A DNA stretch of 64,000 bases from Cyanophyceae cyanobacterium. Its GTDB lineage: Bacteria > Cyanobacteriota > Cyanobacteriia > Cyanobacteriales > JBHJGN01. This document shows, in pieces, positions 10,229 to 19,240 of this stretch (its first letter is position 1; every line of letters begins with the position of its first letter). The translations under genes were made by a program, and so were the position numbers. The notes below the pieces were generated by a model. The model ran no database searches, was not told the origin of the DNA, and saw only the letters and a program-made list of their open reading frames with translations. The stretch covers positions 32,001 to 96,000 of the forward strand of contig JBHJGN010000016.1 in the NCBI GenBank assembly GCA_050331735.1. The letters run 5' to 3'.

Positions 10229-12274
10229 ATGCCGACGCTAACCGTTAACGTCCTTGCCGATCAAAACGACGGCAGTCCCGCTGGCGGTCTCTCGCTGCGC
10301 GATGCGATTCTCACAGCTAACGCTGACCCCAACACCGCCTACACCATCAATCTGCAAGCCGGACAAACCTATCTCCTCAGTAGAGGAGAGGCTGACGAAG
10401 ACCTTGGCATTGGTGGTGACTTAGATATTAGCAGCCGCAACATCACGATTCGCTCAGTCGGTGAACCGGCAACAATTGATGCCGGGGGGCTACAGTTTAG
10501 CGATCGCGGATTTCACGTTCTCGATGGCGCCAATCTCACCCTAGAAAACGTGGTGCTCACCCGCGGCAATAGCGAATTAGGGGGCGGACTACGGGTTGAA
10601 GGCACAGCGACACTCGTCAACAGTACCGTCAGCGGCAACACCGCTGAGGAGGGCGGCGGCATCTACAACGAGGGCACGGTCACGCTCCATCAAAGCACCG
10701 TGAGCAATAATAGCGTCACCAGTAACGGTGGCGGCATTGCCAGCAGCGGCATGTTGACCTTAACCGAAAGCACCGTCAGCGGCAATCGTACGCCCGCAAA
10801 CTTCAGTAGCGGTGGCGGCATCAGTAACGTTAACGGCACAGCAACCCTAACGAAAAGTACCGTTAGCAACAACAGCAGCAGCTACGGCGGGGGCATTAGC
10901 AGCAGTGGCGTTGTTACCTTAACCGAAAGTACCGTCAGCAGCAACTCAGCCAATACGGGAGGCGGAATTGGCAGCGGTGGAGTGAATACAGGAGTTCTCA
11001 ATTTAACCAACAGCACCGTCAGCAGTAACACAGCCGCTGGCGCAGGCGGCGGCATTTTTGCCCGGAACCGGCTCAATTCCCTCGGCAGCACCATCAGCAA
11101 TAATCGGGCTGAGAGCAACGATGGCGGCGGAGTCTATAGCCGAGGCAGCGCCACTTTTGTCAATACGACGATTAGCGGCAATTCCAGTCGTCGCGGCGGC
11201 GGCCTCTTCAGTAGCGGAAGTTCTTTAACCACCACGGCAATTTTGACAAACAGCACTGTTAGTGGCAACGAGGTGACGAGCTCTGGTGGTGGGGTTTACG
11301 TTGGTCTGGGAACAGCCACCATCACCAACAGCACCATTACCGACAACACGGCCAACACAGCTAGCAATACTGTGGGCAACGGCGGCGGGATTTTTAACGA
11401 TGCCACTCTCACTCTCAGAAACTCAATCGTCGCCCAAAATACCGCTCTTCGCGATAATGCCGGGTCTGGAGAAATTCATCCCGACCTTTCCGGGACCGTC
11501 AACGGCAACAACTTTAACCTGATCGGCTCGATTGCAGGAGCAAGCGGTAATGTAGGCACCGGCAGCGATATTGTCAATGCTAATCCGCGCCTTGGTCCTC
11601 TCGCCGACAACGGTGGGCCGACTCTCACCCATGCGCTACTCCCCGATAGCCCCGCCATCGATCGGGGCAATAATGCTTTAGTGGCTCCCGATACCTTAGA
11701 TATCGACACCGATAACAACGTGACTGAATCCGTCCCAACCGACCAGCGCGGAACAGGCTTTTCCCGTATTCAAAGACAGCAAGTTGATATTGGAGCCTTC
11801 GAGGTGGGTTCAGGTAACGCTGGTGAGCAAGATTTCAATGGTGACGGCAACCCAGACCTCCTGTGGCGCAACTCAGTAACGGGAAACAATACCGTCTGGT
11901 ATATGAACACCACCACCCGCATCGGTAGCGTCTCGCTCGCTTCCTTAACCAATCTGGACTGGACCATCGGCGGCGCGGGCGACTTTAATAACGACAATCA
12001 GGATGACCTAGTGTGGCGCAACTCAGCCACCGGACAAAACGTAGTCTGGTATCTCAACAATACCACCCGCATCGGCAGCGCGACCTTAGACCCGGTGAGC
12101 GATCGCCACTGGACCATCAGCGGCGTCGGCGATTTTAATCAGGATGACCAAGACGACCTGGTATGGCGCAACTCAGCCACCGGACAAAACGTAGTCTGGT
12201 ATCTCAACAATACTACTCGCGTCAGCACTGCATCCTTTCCGACCTTGGGTTCTGATTGGACTCTCATTGCCTGA
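10229..12274 (+). CDS. Paralogous secreted beta-helix protein with three DFNxDxxxDLVWRN (FG-GAP-like) repeats
   Basis: N-terminus nearly identical to 7453-10128. C-terminal DFNGDGNPDLLWRNSVTGNNTVWYM-type repeats of about 49 aa. Confidence 0.8.
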   Translation: MPTLTVNVLADQNDGSPAGGLSLRDAILTANADPNTAYTINLQAGQTYLLSRGEADEDLGIGGDLDISSRNITIRSVGEPATIDAGGLQFSDRGFHVLDGANLTLENVVLTRGNSELGGGLRVEGTATLVNSTVSGNTAEEGGGIYNEGTVTLHQSTVSNNSVTSNGGGIASSGMLTLTESTVSGNRTPANFSSGGGISNVNGTATLTKSTVSNNSSSYGGGISSSGVVTLTESTVSSNSANTGGGIGSGGVNTGVLNLTNSTVSSNTAAGAGGGIFARNRLNSLGSTISNNRAESNDGGGVYSRGSATFVNTTISGNSSRRGGGLFSSGSSLTTTAILTNSTVSGNEVTSSGGGVYVGLGTATITNSTITDNTANTASNTVGNGGGIFNDATLTLRNSIVAQNTALRDNAGSGEIHPDLSGTVNGNNFNLIGSIAGASGNVGTGSDIVNANPRLGPLADNGGPTLTHALLPDSPAIDRGNNALVAPDTLDIDTDNNVTESVPTDQRGTGFSRIQRQQVDIGAFEVGSGNAGEQDFNGDGNPDLLWRNSVTGNNTVWYMNTTTRIGSVSLASLTNLDWTIGGAGDFNNDNQDDLVWRNSATGQNVVWYLNNTTRIGSATLDPVSDRHWTISGVGDFNQDDQDDLVWRNSATGQNVVWYLNNTTRVSTASFPTLGSDWTLIA

Positions 12275-12376
12275 CAGGAAGCGCGAAACCAATCATTATA
12301 CCATTTACCGAAAGTAGTCAGATAGTTCCTTAAACTAACTAAGCATTGGAGGTTCAAGGGCAAAGAGCTGCTGTGC

Positions 12377-12410
12377 TTCCCCTTCCCCTTTCCCCCTTCC
12401 CCTTTCCCCC
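12377..12410. repeat. Short tandem pyrimidine-rich repeat (CCCCTT[T/C], STRR-like)
   Basis: ttccccttcccctttcccccttcccctttccccc; related tracts lie near 32898, 49433 and 54192. Confidence 0.6.
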
Positions 12411-12640
12411 GACTCATCAAGTCTCCTATTACTTTTTCCAATTGGTATTAGATACCAGCGTAATTGCCTAGCGCTCGCTTGTGTTCGTCCCACGTCGAGT
12501 TCGCTCAAAAATCACAGGGGTTATACAGTTGGAGAGCAGGGCTATTTCAGCCCATCCCTCTTCTATCAGATTCCGAGTGAAGGAATAGAATCAACCAAAG
12601 ATAAAATCTCCACAAGGCAGAGAGCGCGATCAATGCAGAG

Positions 12641-14356
12641 TCACTTAACCTTTAAACTCCGCAGGCGGTTGAGGGCAGCGGCTAACTCATAGCGGCGAAA
12701 CAGCGCCAAATCTCCTTGAGGATACTCTGTTAGCACATCTAATCCTTGGTCTGCAATGTCTGCCATGACTCGCTCTAATACCTCTGGAATCGGGCGCCGT
12801 CGATCGAGATACTTTTCCTTGGCATAAACAATCGCGGCGGCAACGGCTCGCAACTGTCCGGTATCGACAATCTGCTCAACGGCGGCTAAATCGATCGCTT
12901 CTTGCCCAAACGCCACCTCATCCACATCTCGAACCTTCAATTTTACGGCCCGGCGTCCGCGACTGGGATCGATACTTTCGGGCAGGGGAACGCGCGGGGT
13001 AATATCTCCAAAGTGCTGACCGCCCTCGGCAACCCGTTCAGTCGTGTACTGCTTGGCGATCGCCTGGGCTTTCTCGGTAAGATCGTAGGGCTGAAAATCC
13101 TCCATGCCGATGACGGTATCGGCAACGTCAAAATAATCGCCACTGCCCCCCATCACTAGAATAGTAGACACCCCGTAATCTCCGTATAGCTGGCGAATCT
13201 TATCGATGAACGGCGTGATCGGCTCTTTATCCTTAGCGATGAGCTGCTGCATGCGGCGATCGCGGATCATAAAGTTAGTCGCTGCTGTATCTTCATCGAC
13301 TAGCAACACCTGAGCGCTAGCTTCTAGCGCCTCGATAATATTGGCCGCTTGGGAGGTACTGCCGCTGGCGTTGGCGGTTGAAAAGTTACGGGTAGAACGT
13401 CCTTGGGGAAGCTGATTAATAAACGGAGAAATATCAACTCCGGCAATCGAGCGCCCGTCCTCCGCGCGAATTTTCACCGCCGCCGGATTGGTGACGACCA
13501 GTTCTCGTCCGTCTCCGGGAATATGATTGTATACTCCGAGTTCAATCGCTTTTAGCAGTGTTGATTTACCGTGATAGCCACCGCCGACGATGAGGGTGAT
13601 GCCAGCCGGAATGCCCATCCCTGTAACGACACCGCGATGAGGGCAGTGGAACTCTACTTCTAGAGAGGCAGGAGATTGAAAAGGAATGGCCTCTTTTACC
13701 AACGGGCGCTGATCCACTCCACTACGACGGGGCAAAATCGCTCCATTAGGAACGAACGCCACTAGTCCCTGAGCCGATAACTGCTGGCGCAGCCAGTCGG
13801 CATCTTCTACAGTATTGAGGTGCTGCTGAATCTGTTGAGGATCTAGAGAGGCATACTGAAGGGCTGTGACGACCTTGGGAATGTCATCACACAGCATTTC
13901 TGCTGCCTGACGACCTAAAATGCGTCGTCCTCGCGCTGGCAGTCCCACCAAAAACCGGACTTCCACCTGCTGGTCATCAATCAACACTGAAGTGCGCTCT
14001 AATACTTCCTGTCCGGTGCGGGCGATCGCCATCATGCCACTTTTGCCCGTGCCGCGTGAAGCGAAGCTATCCCGAAGGAAATTGCTGCTGATGCGGTCTG
14101 CTTCAAACTGGCGCGTCAGGTAATCTCTGAGGGCAACCTCCCGCGAGGGAGTTGCGTATAGTTGTCGGGGAAATTGAGCCACCGACTGAGGGACCAACAC
14201 GCGAAATTTACTGGGTGAAGCGAAAGGGTCGGACTGAACGCGATCGATCGCGAGAGTAAAGTCTGGAAAGCGGTAGCTGCCCTTAATATCTTTGTAGGCT
14301 TTGTATCCGCACCCGTCGAGTCTTAGTAGAGTAGAGCGTAATTCTTGATCGGACAT
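12641..14356 (-). CDS. ABC-class ATPase domain protein (ABC_ATPase family)
   Basis: VQSDPFASPS, GGGYHGKSTLL Walker A, IRAEDGR, ASGSTSQAA, LLVDEDTAATNFMIRD. Confidence 0.85.
   Translation of the reverse strand: MSDQELRSTLLRLDGCGYKAYKDIKGSYRFPDFTLAIDRVQSDPFASPSKFRVLVPQSVAQFPRQLYATPSREVALRDYLTRQFEADRISSNFLRDSFASRGTGKSGMMAIARTGQEVLERTSVLIDDQQVEVRFLVGLPARGRRILGRQAAEMLCDDIPKVVTALQYASLDPQQIQQHLNTVEDADWLRQQLSAQGLVAFVPNGAILPRRSGVDQRPLVKEAIPFQSPASLEVEFHCPHRGVVTGMGIPAGITLIVGGGYHGKSTLLKAIELGVYNHIPGDGRELVVTNPAAVKIRAEDGRSIAGVDISPFINQLPQGRSTRNFSTANASGSTSQAANIIEALEASAQVLLVDEDTAATNFMIRDRRMQQLIAKDKEPITPFIDKIRQLYGDYGVSTILVMGGSGDYFDVADTVIGMEDFQPYDLTEKAQAIAKQYTTERVAEGGQHFGDITPRVPLPESIDPSRGRRAVKLKVRDVDEVAFGQEAIDLAAVEQIVDTGQLRAVAAAIVYAKEKYLDRRRPIPEVLERVMADIADQGLDVLTEYPQGDLALFRRYELAAALNRLRSLKVK
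14057..14080 (-). repeat. Putative 24-nt SDR-like in-frame insertion in a degenerate HIP1 site
   Basis: On the minus strand GCAAT|TTCCTTCGGGATAGCTTCGCTTCA|CGC. Removing it restores GCAATCGC (HIP1 with one mismatch) and keeps the frame. Confidence 0.55.
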
Positions 14357-14837
14357 AGAGATAGCGCCATCAACGATACATATAAACTAGCGTTCTACCT
14401 GAAGGAATGATGTCTTCCAAAAGATGATTCTACCGGAGATGTGTAGCAAATGACACCTATTTTTTAATGCCTTCTTAATCTAGCCATTAGCAGAGCTTGA
14501 GGTAGCTTGCCTAGGATAATAGCCGTTCGTCTTTCAAAAAGCGATTTAACGTTGTTCAAATAGCTGAATAGTCCAGCTTTTTGACGGGGTTGTTGAGGAA
14601 TTTGCCTGCGGCTCTTTTTTTTGAGCTTTAGCAAACTTGACGAACTCCAACTCTAGCTTGCTAAAACGCCAGTTTTGTGTTCTAGCTAACTGCAACGCGC
14701 AGTGCTTTCTTTAGCGGCAATGCCACAGTGTGTTGCCTCATTCTAAATCGGTCCAAACGACACTTCCCTAGGGAATATAGAGCGGACAAAGTTGCATCGA
14801 CAGTATCTACATCTAAGGCATAGGAGAAACCTCAATC

Positions 14838-17800
14838 GTGGCGACTATTTTTACAGAAAGCTTTGAAACAGATGGCAACGGCAGCCGTTACACCACATCA
14901 ATCCCGGAATTTACCGACGGTAGTAGCGATTTCTTGACTCGCACCGACGGTAGCAACATCAGCGGTGGCTATGATGTCACTGGTTCAGACGGCAGCTTTT
15001 ACTTTGCCGCCCAGGATATTGACGGTGAAGGGGATGCCTCACAACAAACCCTGATATTCTCTGAGATTGACATCGCCAATTTTACCAACCTCAGCTTTAG
15101 TGCCCTGTTTGCTGAAGATGATTCTAGTGACGGCAATGAAGACTGGGATGCCCCCGATTTTGTAACCGTTGAGTATCAAGTTGACGGTGGCGGATTCCTC
15201 GACTTGCTAGCCTTTGAGAATGACGGCAGTACCTTCAACAGCGCTCCTCTTCAAGACACGGATTTTGATGGCACTGGTGACGGCACCGAGGTTACAGATA
15301 CCTTTGCGACCTTCTCAAACACCATTGATGCAACAGGTTCCACACTAGACCTCCGCATTACCTTTGACCTTGACTCCGGTGACGAGGATATTGCCATCGA
15401 CAACATCCAGCTCATGGGCGACGCTGCTACTTCAGAACTATTAATCAGCGAATTTCAGCCAAATCCCCCCGGCACCGATCCCTCTTCTCAAACATTTGAA
15501 CTGAGCGGAACACCGGGTGAGTCTTTCAGTGGCGTGATTGTCGGTATTGAGAGCGATTCTGGAAGTGCCAACCCAGGAGATATCAATAACTTCGAGTCAG
15601 TTTCAGGAACCTTTGATGCCAATGGTTTGTTGACTGTCAGCATTGATGACTTAGAAAACCCCTCGTTTACCGTTGCTTTGCTCTCCGATTTCACCGGGGA
15701 TACCTCCACGGATATCGACCCTGACGACGATGGAATGGCGGATGACCTCTCCACCTTCGGGACCGTTTTTGATGCGATCGGTGTACTGGACGCAATGAGC
15801 GATCAGTCATTATTGTACGGAGCACAGCTTGGCGGAACGGACTTTGACTTCACAGGGTCTGAACCCGAAATTATCTTTCGAGACGCGAGTGTAGGAGCCC
15901 TATTTGCGGTTAACGAGCTCGGTGTTAATGAAGTTTTTGATACCGCCGGGAACAGCGTAGACCCAAACTCTTTTGACATCAACCCTACTACCGGGACAAC
16001 CTTTGGAGCAATTAACCCCAGTTCCGATAATGGTGGGACAACGCTATCGATTCAGGCTAGCGATGCGGTTCAAGCTGAAGGAGACAGCGGTACGACTAGT
16101 TTCACCTTTACGGTAACTCGCTCCGGCGATACTAGCGGAGCAACCGACGTTGATTTTGCCGTTTCCGGTGAAGCTGATGCGGCAGACTTTGGCGGCACAC
16201 TTCCCTCCGGTACGATTAGCTTCGCGGCTGGCGACACCACTCAAACAATCACCCTTGCCGTATCGGGGGATACAGATACAGAAGCAGACGAAGACTTCAC
16301 TGTTACCCTCTCCAACCCGACTAACGGAGCCACAATTGCGACTGCTACCGCTACAGGCACAATCCAGAACGACGATATTACCGTCACCCCGATCTTTGAA
16401 ATTCAAGGAGCTGCTCAAAGCTCACCGCTCGCAGGACAATCTGTTTCCACAATAGGGATTGTGACAGCAGTGGATACCAACGGATTTTACCTGCAAGATC
16501 CGACTGGAGACGGTGACAGTGCTACCTCTGACGCTCTGTTTGTCTTTACTAGCTCTGCTCCTGGCGTAAGCGTCGGCGACGAACTTCAGGTGAGCGGTAC
16601 GGTTAGCGAGTTTATTCCTGGCGGTGCGGGGACAGGCAACCTATCGATTACTCAAATCAGCGGCAGTCCCACGATTACCACCTTATCTACTGGTAATGCG
16701 CTACCGAACTCGGTGGTTTTAGGGGTCGATCGCACTCCTCCCACAGAAATTATTGATAACGATCAAGACACTCAGTACAACGTTCTGCAAGGCGGCGGCG
16801 ACTACGAACCGACCGCAGACGGCATCGACTTCTACGAAAGCCTAGAAGCGATGAGAGTGACGGTTAACGAGCCAGTTGCCGTTGCTGGAACCTCTCAATT
16901 TGGTGAAATCTTTACGGTGGTGAATGATGGTGCTGGCGCCAGCAATTTGAGTCAGCGCGGCACAGCAAATATTGCTCCTGAAGACTACAACCCAGAGCGA
17001 GTTCAGATTGACAGTGACTCGTTTACTCCAGGCGGAATTCCGGATGTCGCGACCGGGGCTGAGCTTAACAACGTCACCGGCGTAATCAGCTACAGCTTTG
17101 GCAGCTTTGAGGTGCTGGCGACAGAAGCCATTACTGTTACTGAATCAAACCTAGAGCCAGAGATCAGCACCATTGCACCAACGGCTACGAACCTTACCAT
17201 TGCCACCTACAACGTCCTCAACCTCGACCCGAACGATAACGATGGCGATATGGATGTGGCCAACGGACGCTTTGAGGCGATCGCTAACGACATTGTTACT
17301 AACCTGAATACGCCGGACGTCATTGGTTTACAGGAAGTTCAAGATAACGATGGTTCCGACAACACCGGCGTTACTTCTGCCAGCGAAACATTACAGCTAT
17401 TGGTTGACGAAATTGCCGCTGCTGGTGGTCCCCAGTACGAATTTATCGACAATACCTTTATCGAAGATGGCGAGAGTGGCGGTCAGCCGGGCGGTAACAT
17501 CCGCACTGCCTTTTTGTATAATCCGAATCGTGTCAATCTCGTTGATGGTTCGGTTCGTCCGATCGGCGATCAAGAGCCAGGTAGCCCCTTTAATGGGTCA
17601 CGTTTACCTTTAGTGGCCGATTTTGAGTTCAACGGTCAAACAGTAACCGTTGTTGACAACCATTTTTCCTCCAAAGGTGGCAGCAGCCCGCTCTTTGGGG
17701 CGATTCAGCCTGCTAGCGATCTTCAAGAAGATCCAGACATTAACGGGAGCCTAGATGAACGTCGGGAGCAGGCGCAGGCGGTGAATGATTTCGTCGATGG

Positions 17801-19028
17801 AATTTTAGCTAACGATGCCGATGCCAACGTTGTCGTTGTCGGTGACCTCAACGAGTTTGAGTTTATTTCTCCTCTTGATATTTTGGCCGGGACGACAGTA
17901 AGCACCAACGGCGGTCAAGAGACTGCCCCGGGTGGAGAGGCTGTTCTGACCAACCTCGTCAATACCATTTCTGAAGAGGAGCGCTATAGCTTTATCTTCC
18001 AGGGCAACTCTCAACAGATCGATCACATTCTGGTCAGCGATAGCTTGCTAGAGGGAGCAGTTATTGATAATGTTCACGTCAATACTGAATTTGCAGCGAC
18101 CGATGAACGCGCCAGCGATCACGATCCGGTGATTGCGAGCCTGAGTCTCGAAAGCGATCGCACTGTTAACGAGATTAACGGAACTCGCGGAGACGATACC
18201 ATTACCGGGACGAACGAGGATGATTTGATTCGTGGCGATAACGGCAATGACATCGTTAATGCTCGCGGTGGTAACGATACCGTTATAGGCGGTCGCGGCG
18301 GAGATTCTCTGAGAGGAGGGGCTGGCGACGATGTGCTGGCCGCCGATCGCGTTGATCGCTTTGACGACTTCGACGGGACTACTAGCTTCCTCAGCGGCGA
18401 CAGCGGTAACGATACTATCTTTGGCGGTCGTAAAGACGACACTATCGGTGGCGGTAACGACGACGATGTTCTATTTGGCAAGGGCGGCGACGATCTGATT
18501 CGCGGAGGAAGCGGTGACGATCTCCTCAACGGCGGTGTTGGGAATGACACCCTTCGCGGTCAAGGCGGTATCGATACGGCTGATTATTCCGACCTCACCT
18601 TTAATGGAGTCTTCGCCAGCGTCGCGGGTCTGGATGTGAACCTGTCTGACAACAGTGCTCGTCACTCCAGTACTAACAATGCCCTGACTTGGGAAGACAC
18701 GTTGACCACCATTGAAAATATAATCGGGACCAGCCGCAACGATCGCTCGATCGGTAACGGCCAGAACAATGTCTTTGACGGCCAAGGGGAAGTCGGTCGC
18801 AGCGATCGCCAAACCCAATTTACCGCTCTTAATGGGGAAACCTACAGCGTCACGGCTGATGTGGTCGAATACAGCGGCTCCCAGAGCGACTTGACCTTCA
18901 TGGGCAGTGCCGATAGCTTCACCGTCATGGGCAGCGGCATCGGCACAGATACTCTAATAGACATTGAGTTTGTGAGGTTTAATGCAGATAGTGCTGTCGT
19001 GGCAACGTCTGATCTAGCCTTCGCTTAA
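14838..19028 (+). CDS. Extracellular ExeM/NucH-like EEP nuclease with Calx-beta domain and RTX Ca-binding repeats
   Basis: IFEIQG and GFYLQDPTGDGD OB-fold module, ATYNVLNL, LQEVQD, NHFSSKGGS, GDLNE, QIDHILVS, SDHDPV, and GGxGxDxL nonapeptides at the C-terminus. Confidence 0.88.
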   Translation: MATIFTESFETDGNGSRYTTSIPEFTDGSSDFLTRTDGSNISGGYDVTGSDGSFYFAAQDIDGEGDASQQTLIFSEIDIANFTNLSFSALFAEDDSSDGNEDWDAPDFVTVEYQVDGGGFLDLLAFENDGSTFNSAPLQDTDFDGTGDGTEVTDTFATFSNTIDATGSTLDLRITFDLDSGDEDIAIDNIQLMGDAATSELLISEFQPNPPGTDPSSQTFELSGTPGESFSGVIVGIESDSGSANPGDINNFESVSGTFDANGLLTVSIDDLENPSFTVALLSDFTGDTSTDIDPDDDGMADDLSTFGTVFDAIGVLDAMSDQSLLYGAQLGGTDFDFTGSEPEIIFRDASVGALFAVNELGVNEVFDTAGNSVDPNSFDINPTTGTTFGAINPSSDNGGTTLSIQASDAVQAEGDSGTTSFTFTVTRSGDTSGATDVDFAVSGEADAADFGGTLPSGTISFAAGDTTQTITLAVSGDTDTEADEDFTVTLSNPTNGATIATATATGTIQNDDITVTPIFEIQGAAQSSPLAGQSVSTIGIVTAVDTNGFYLQDPTGDGDSATSDALFVFTSSAPGVSVGDELQVSGTVSEFIPGGAGTGNLSITQISGSPTITTLSTGNALPNSVVLGVDRTPPTEIIDNDQDTQYNVLQGGGDYEPTADGIDFYESLEAMRVTVNEPVAVAGTSQFGEIFTVVNDGAGASNLSQRGTANIAPEDYNPERVQIDSDSFTPGGIPDVATGAELNNVTGVISYSFGSFEVLATEAITVTESNLEPEISTIAPTATNLTIATYNVLNLDPNDNDGDMDVANGRFEAIANDIVTNLNTPDVIGLQEVQDNDGSDNTGVTSASETLQLLVDEIAAAGGPQYEFIDNTFIEDGESGGQPGGNIRTAFLYNPNRVNLVDGSVRPIGDQEPGSPFNGSRLPLVADFEFNGQTVTVVDNHFSSKGGSSPLFGAIQPASDLQEDPDINGSLDERREQAQAVNDFVDGILANDADANVVVVGDLNEFEFISPLDILAGTTVSTNGGQETAPGGEAVLTNLVNTISEEERYSFIFQGNSQQIDHILVSDSLLEGAVIDNVHVNTEFAATDERASDHDPVIASLSLESDRTVNEINGTRGDDTITGTNEDDLIRGDNGNDIVNARGGNDTVIGGRGGDSLRGGAGDDVLAADRVDRFDDFDGTTSFLSGDSGNDTIFGGRKDDTIGGGNDDDVLFGKGGDDLIRGGSGDDLLNGGVGNDTLRGQGGIDTADYSDLTFNGVFASVAGLDVNLSDNSARHSSTNNALTWEDTLTTIENIIGTSRNDRSIGNGQNNVFDGQGEVGRSDRQTQFTALNGETYSVTADVVEYSGSQSDLTFMGSADSFTVMGSGIGTDTLIDIEFVRFNADSAVVATSDLAFA

Positions 19029-19054
19029 GCTCAGCCGGGAATTTTACGTCAAGG

Positions 19055-19083
19055 AGCAGGACAGCTACCTGTCCTGCTTGTTT
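19055..19083 (+). terminator. Intrinsic terminator after the nuclease gene
   Basis: AGCAGGACAG-CTAC-CTGTCCTGCT followed by TGTTT. Confidence 0.65.
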
Positions 19084-19240
19084 GCGTGGAGAGAATCTCC
19101 CCATTTGTGAGAGCACAGATACTACAGTTTAGAAGGAAGCTTAATAACAAAGCGTCAACTTCCAACTAACAAGGAAGCAAAGGCTGTCAAAACGACAACA
19201 ACTTCTATTAGCCTGTAAATATCCCTGTATTCGCTTATCC

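Noticed and set aside
11830..12270. CRISPR-like direct repeats
   Set aside because: The 147-nt period repeats are in-frame protein repeats; no unique spacers and no cas genes
7526..12441. Many short antisense or alternate-frame ORFs over the repeat-protein genes (likewise over carB, kaiC and polA)
   Set aside because: Expected shadows of biased codon usage; no independent motifs or RBS
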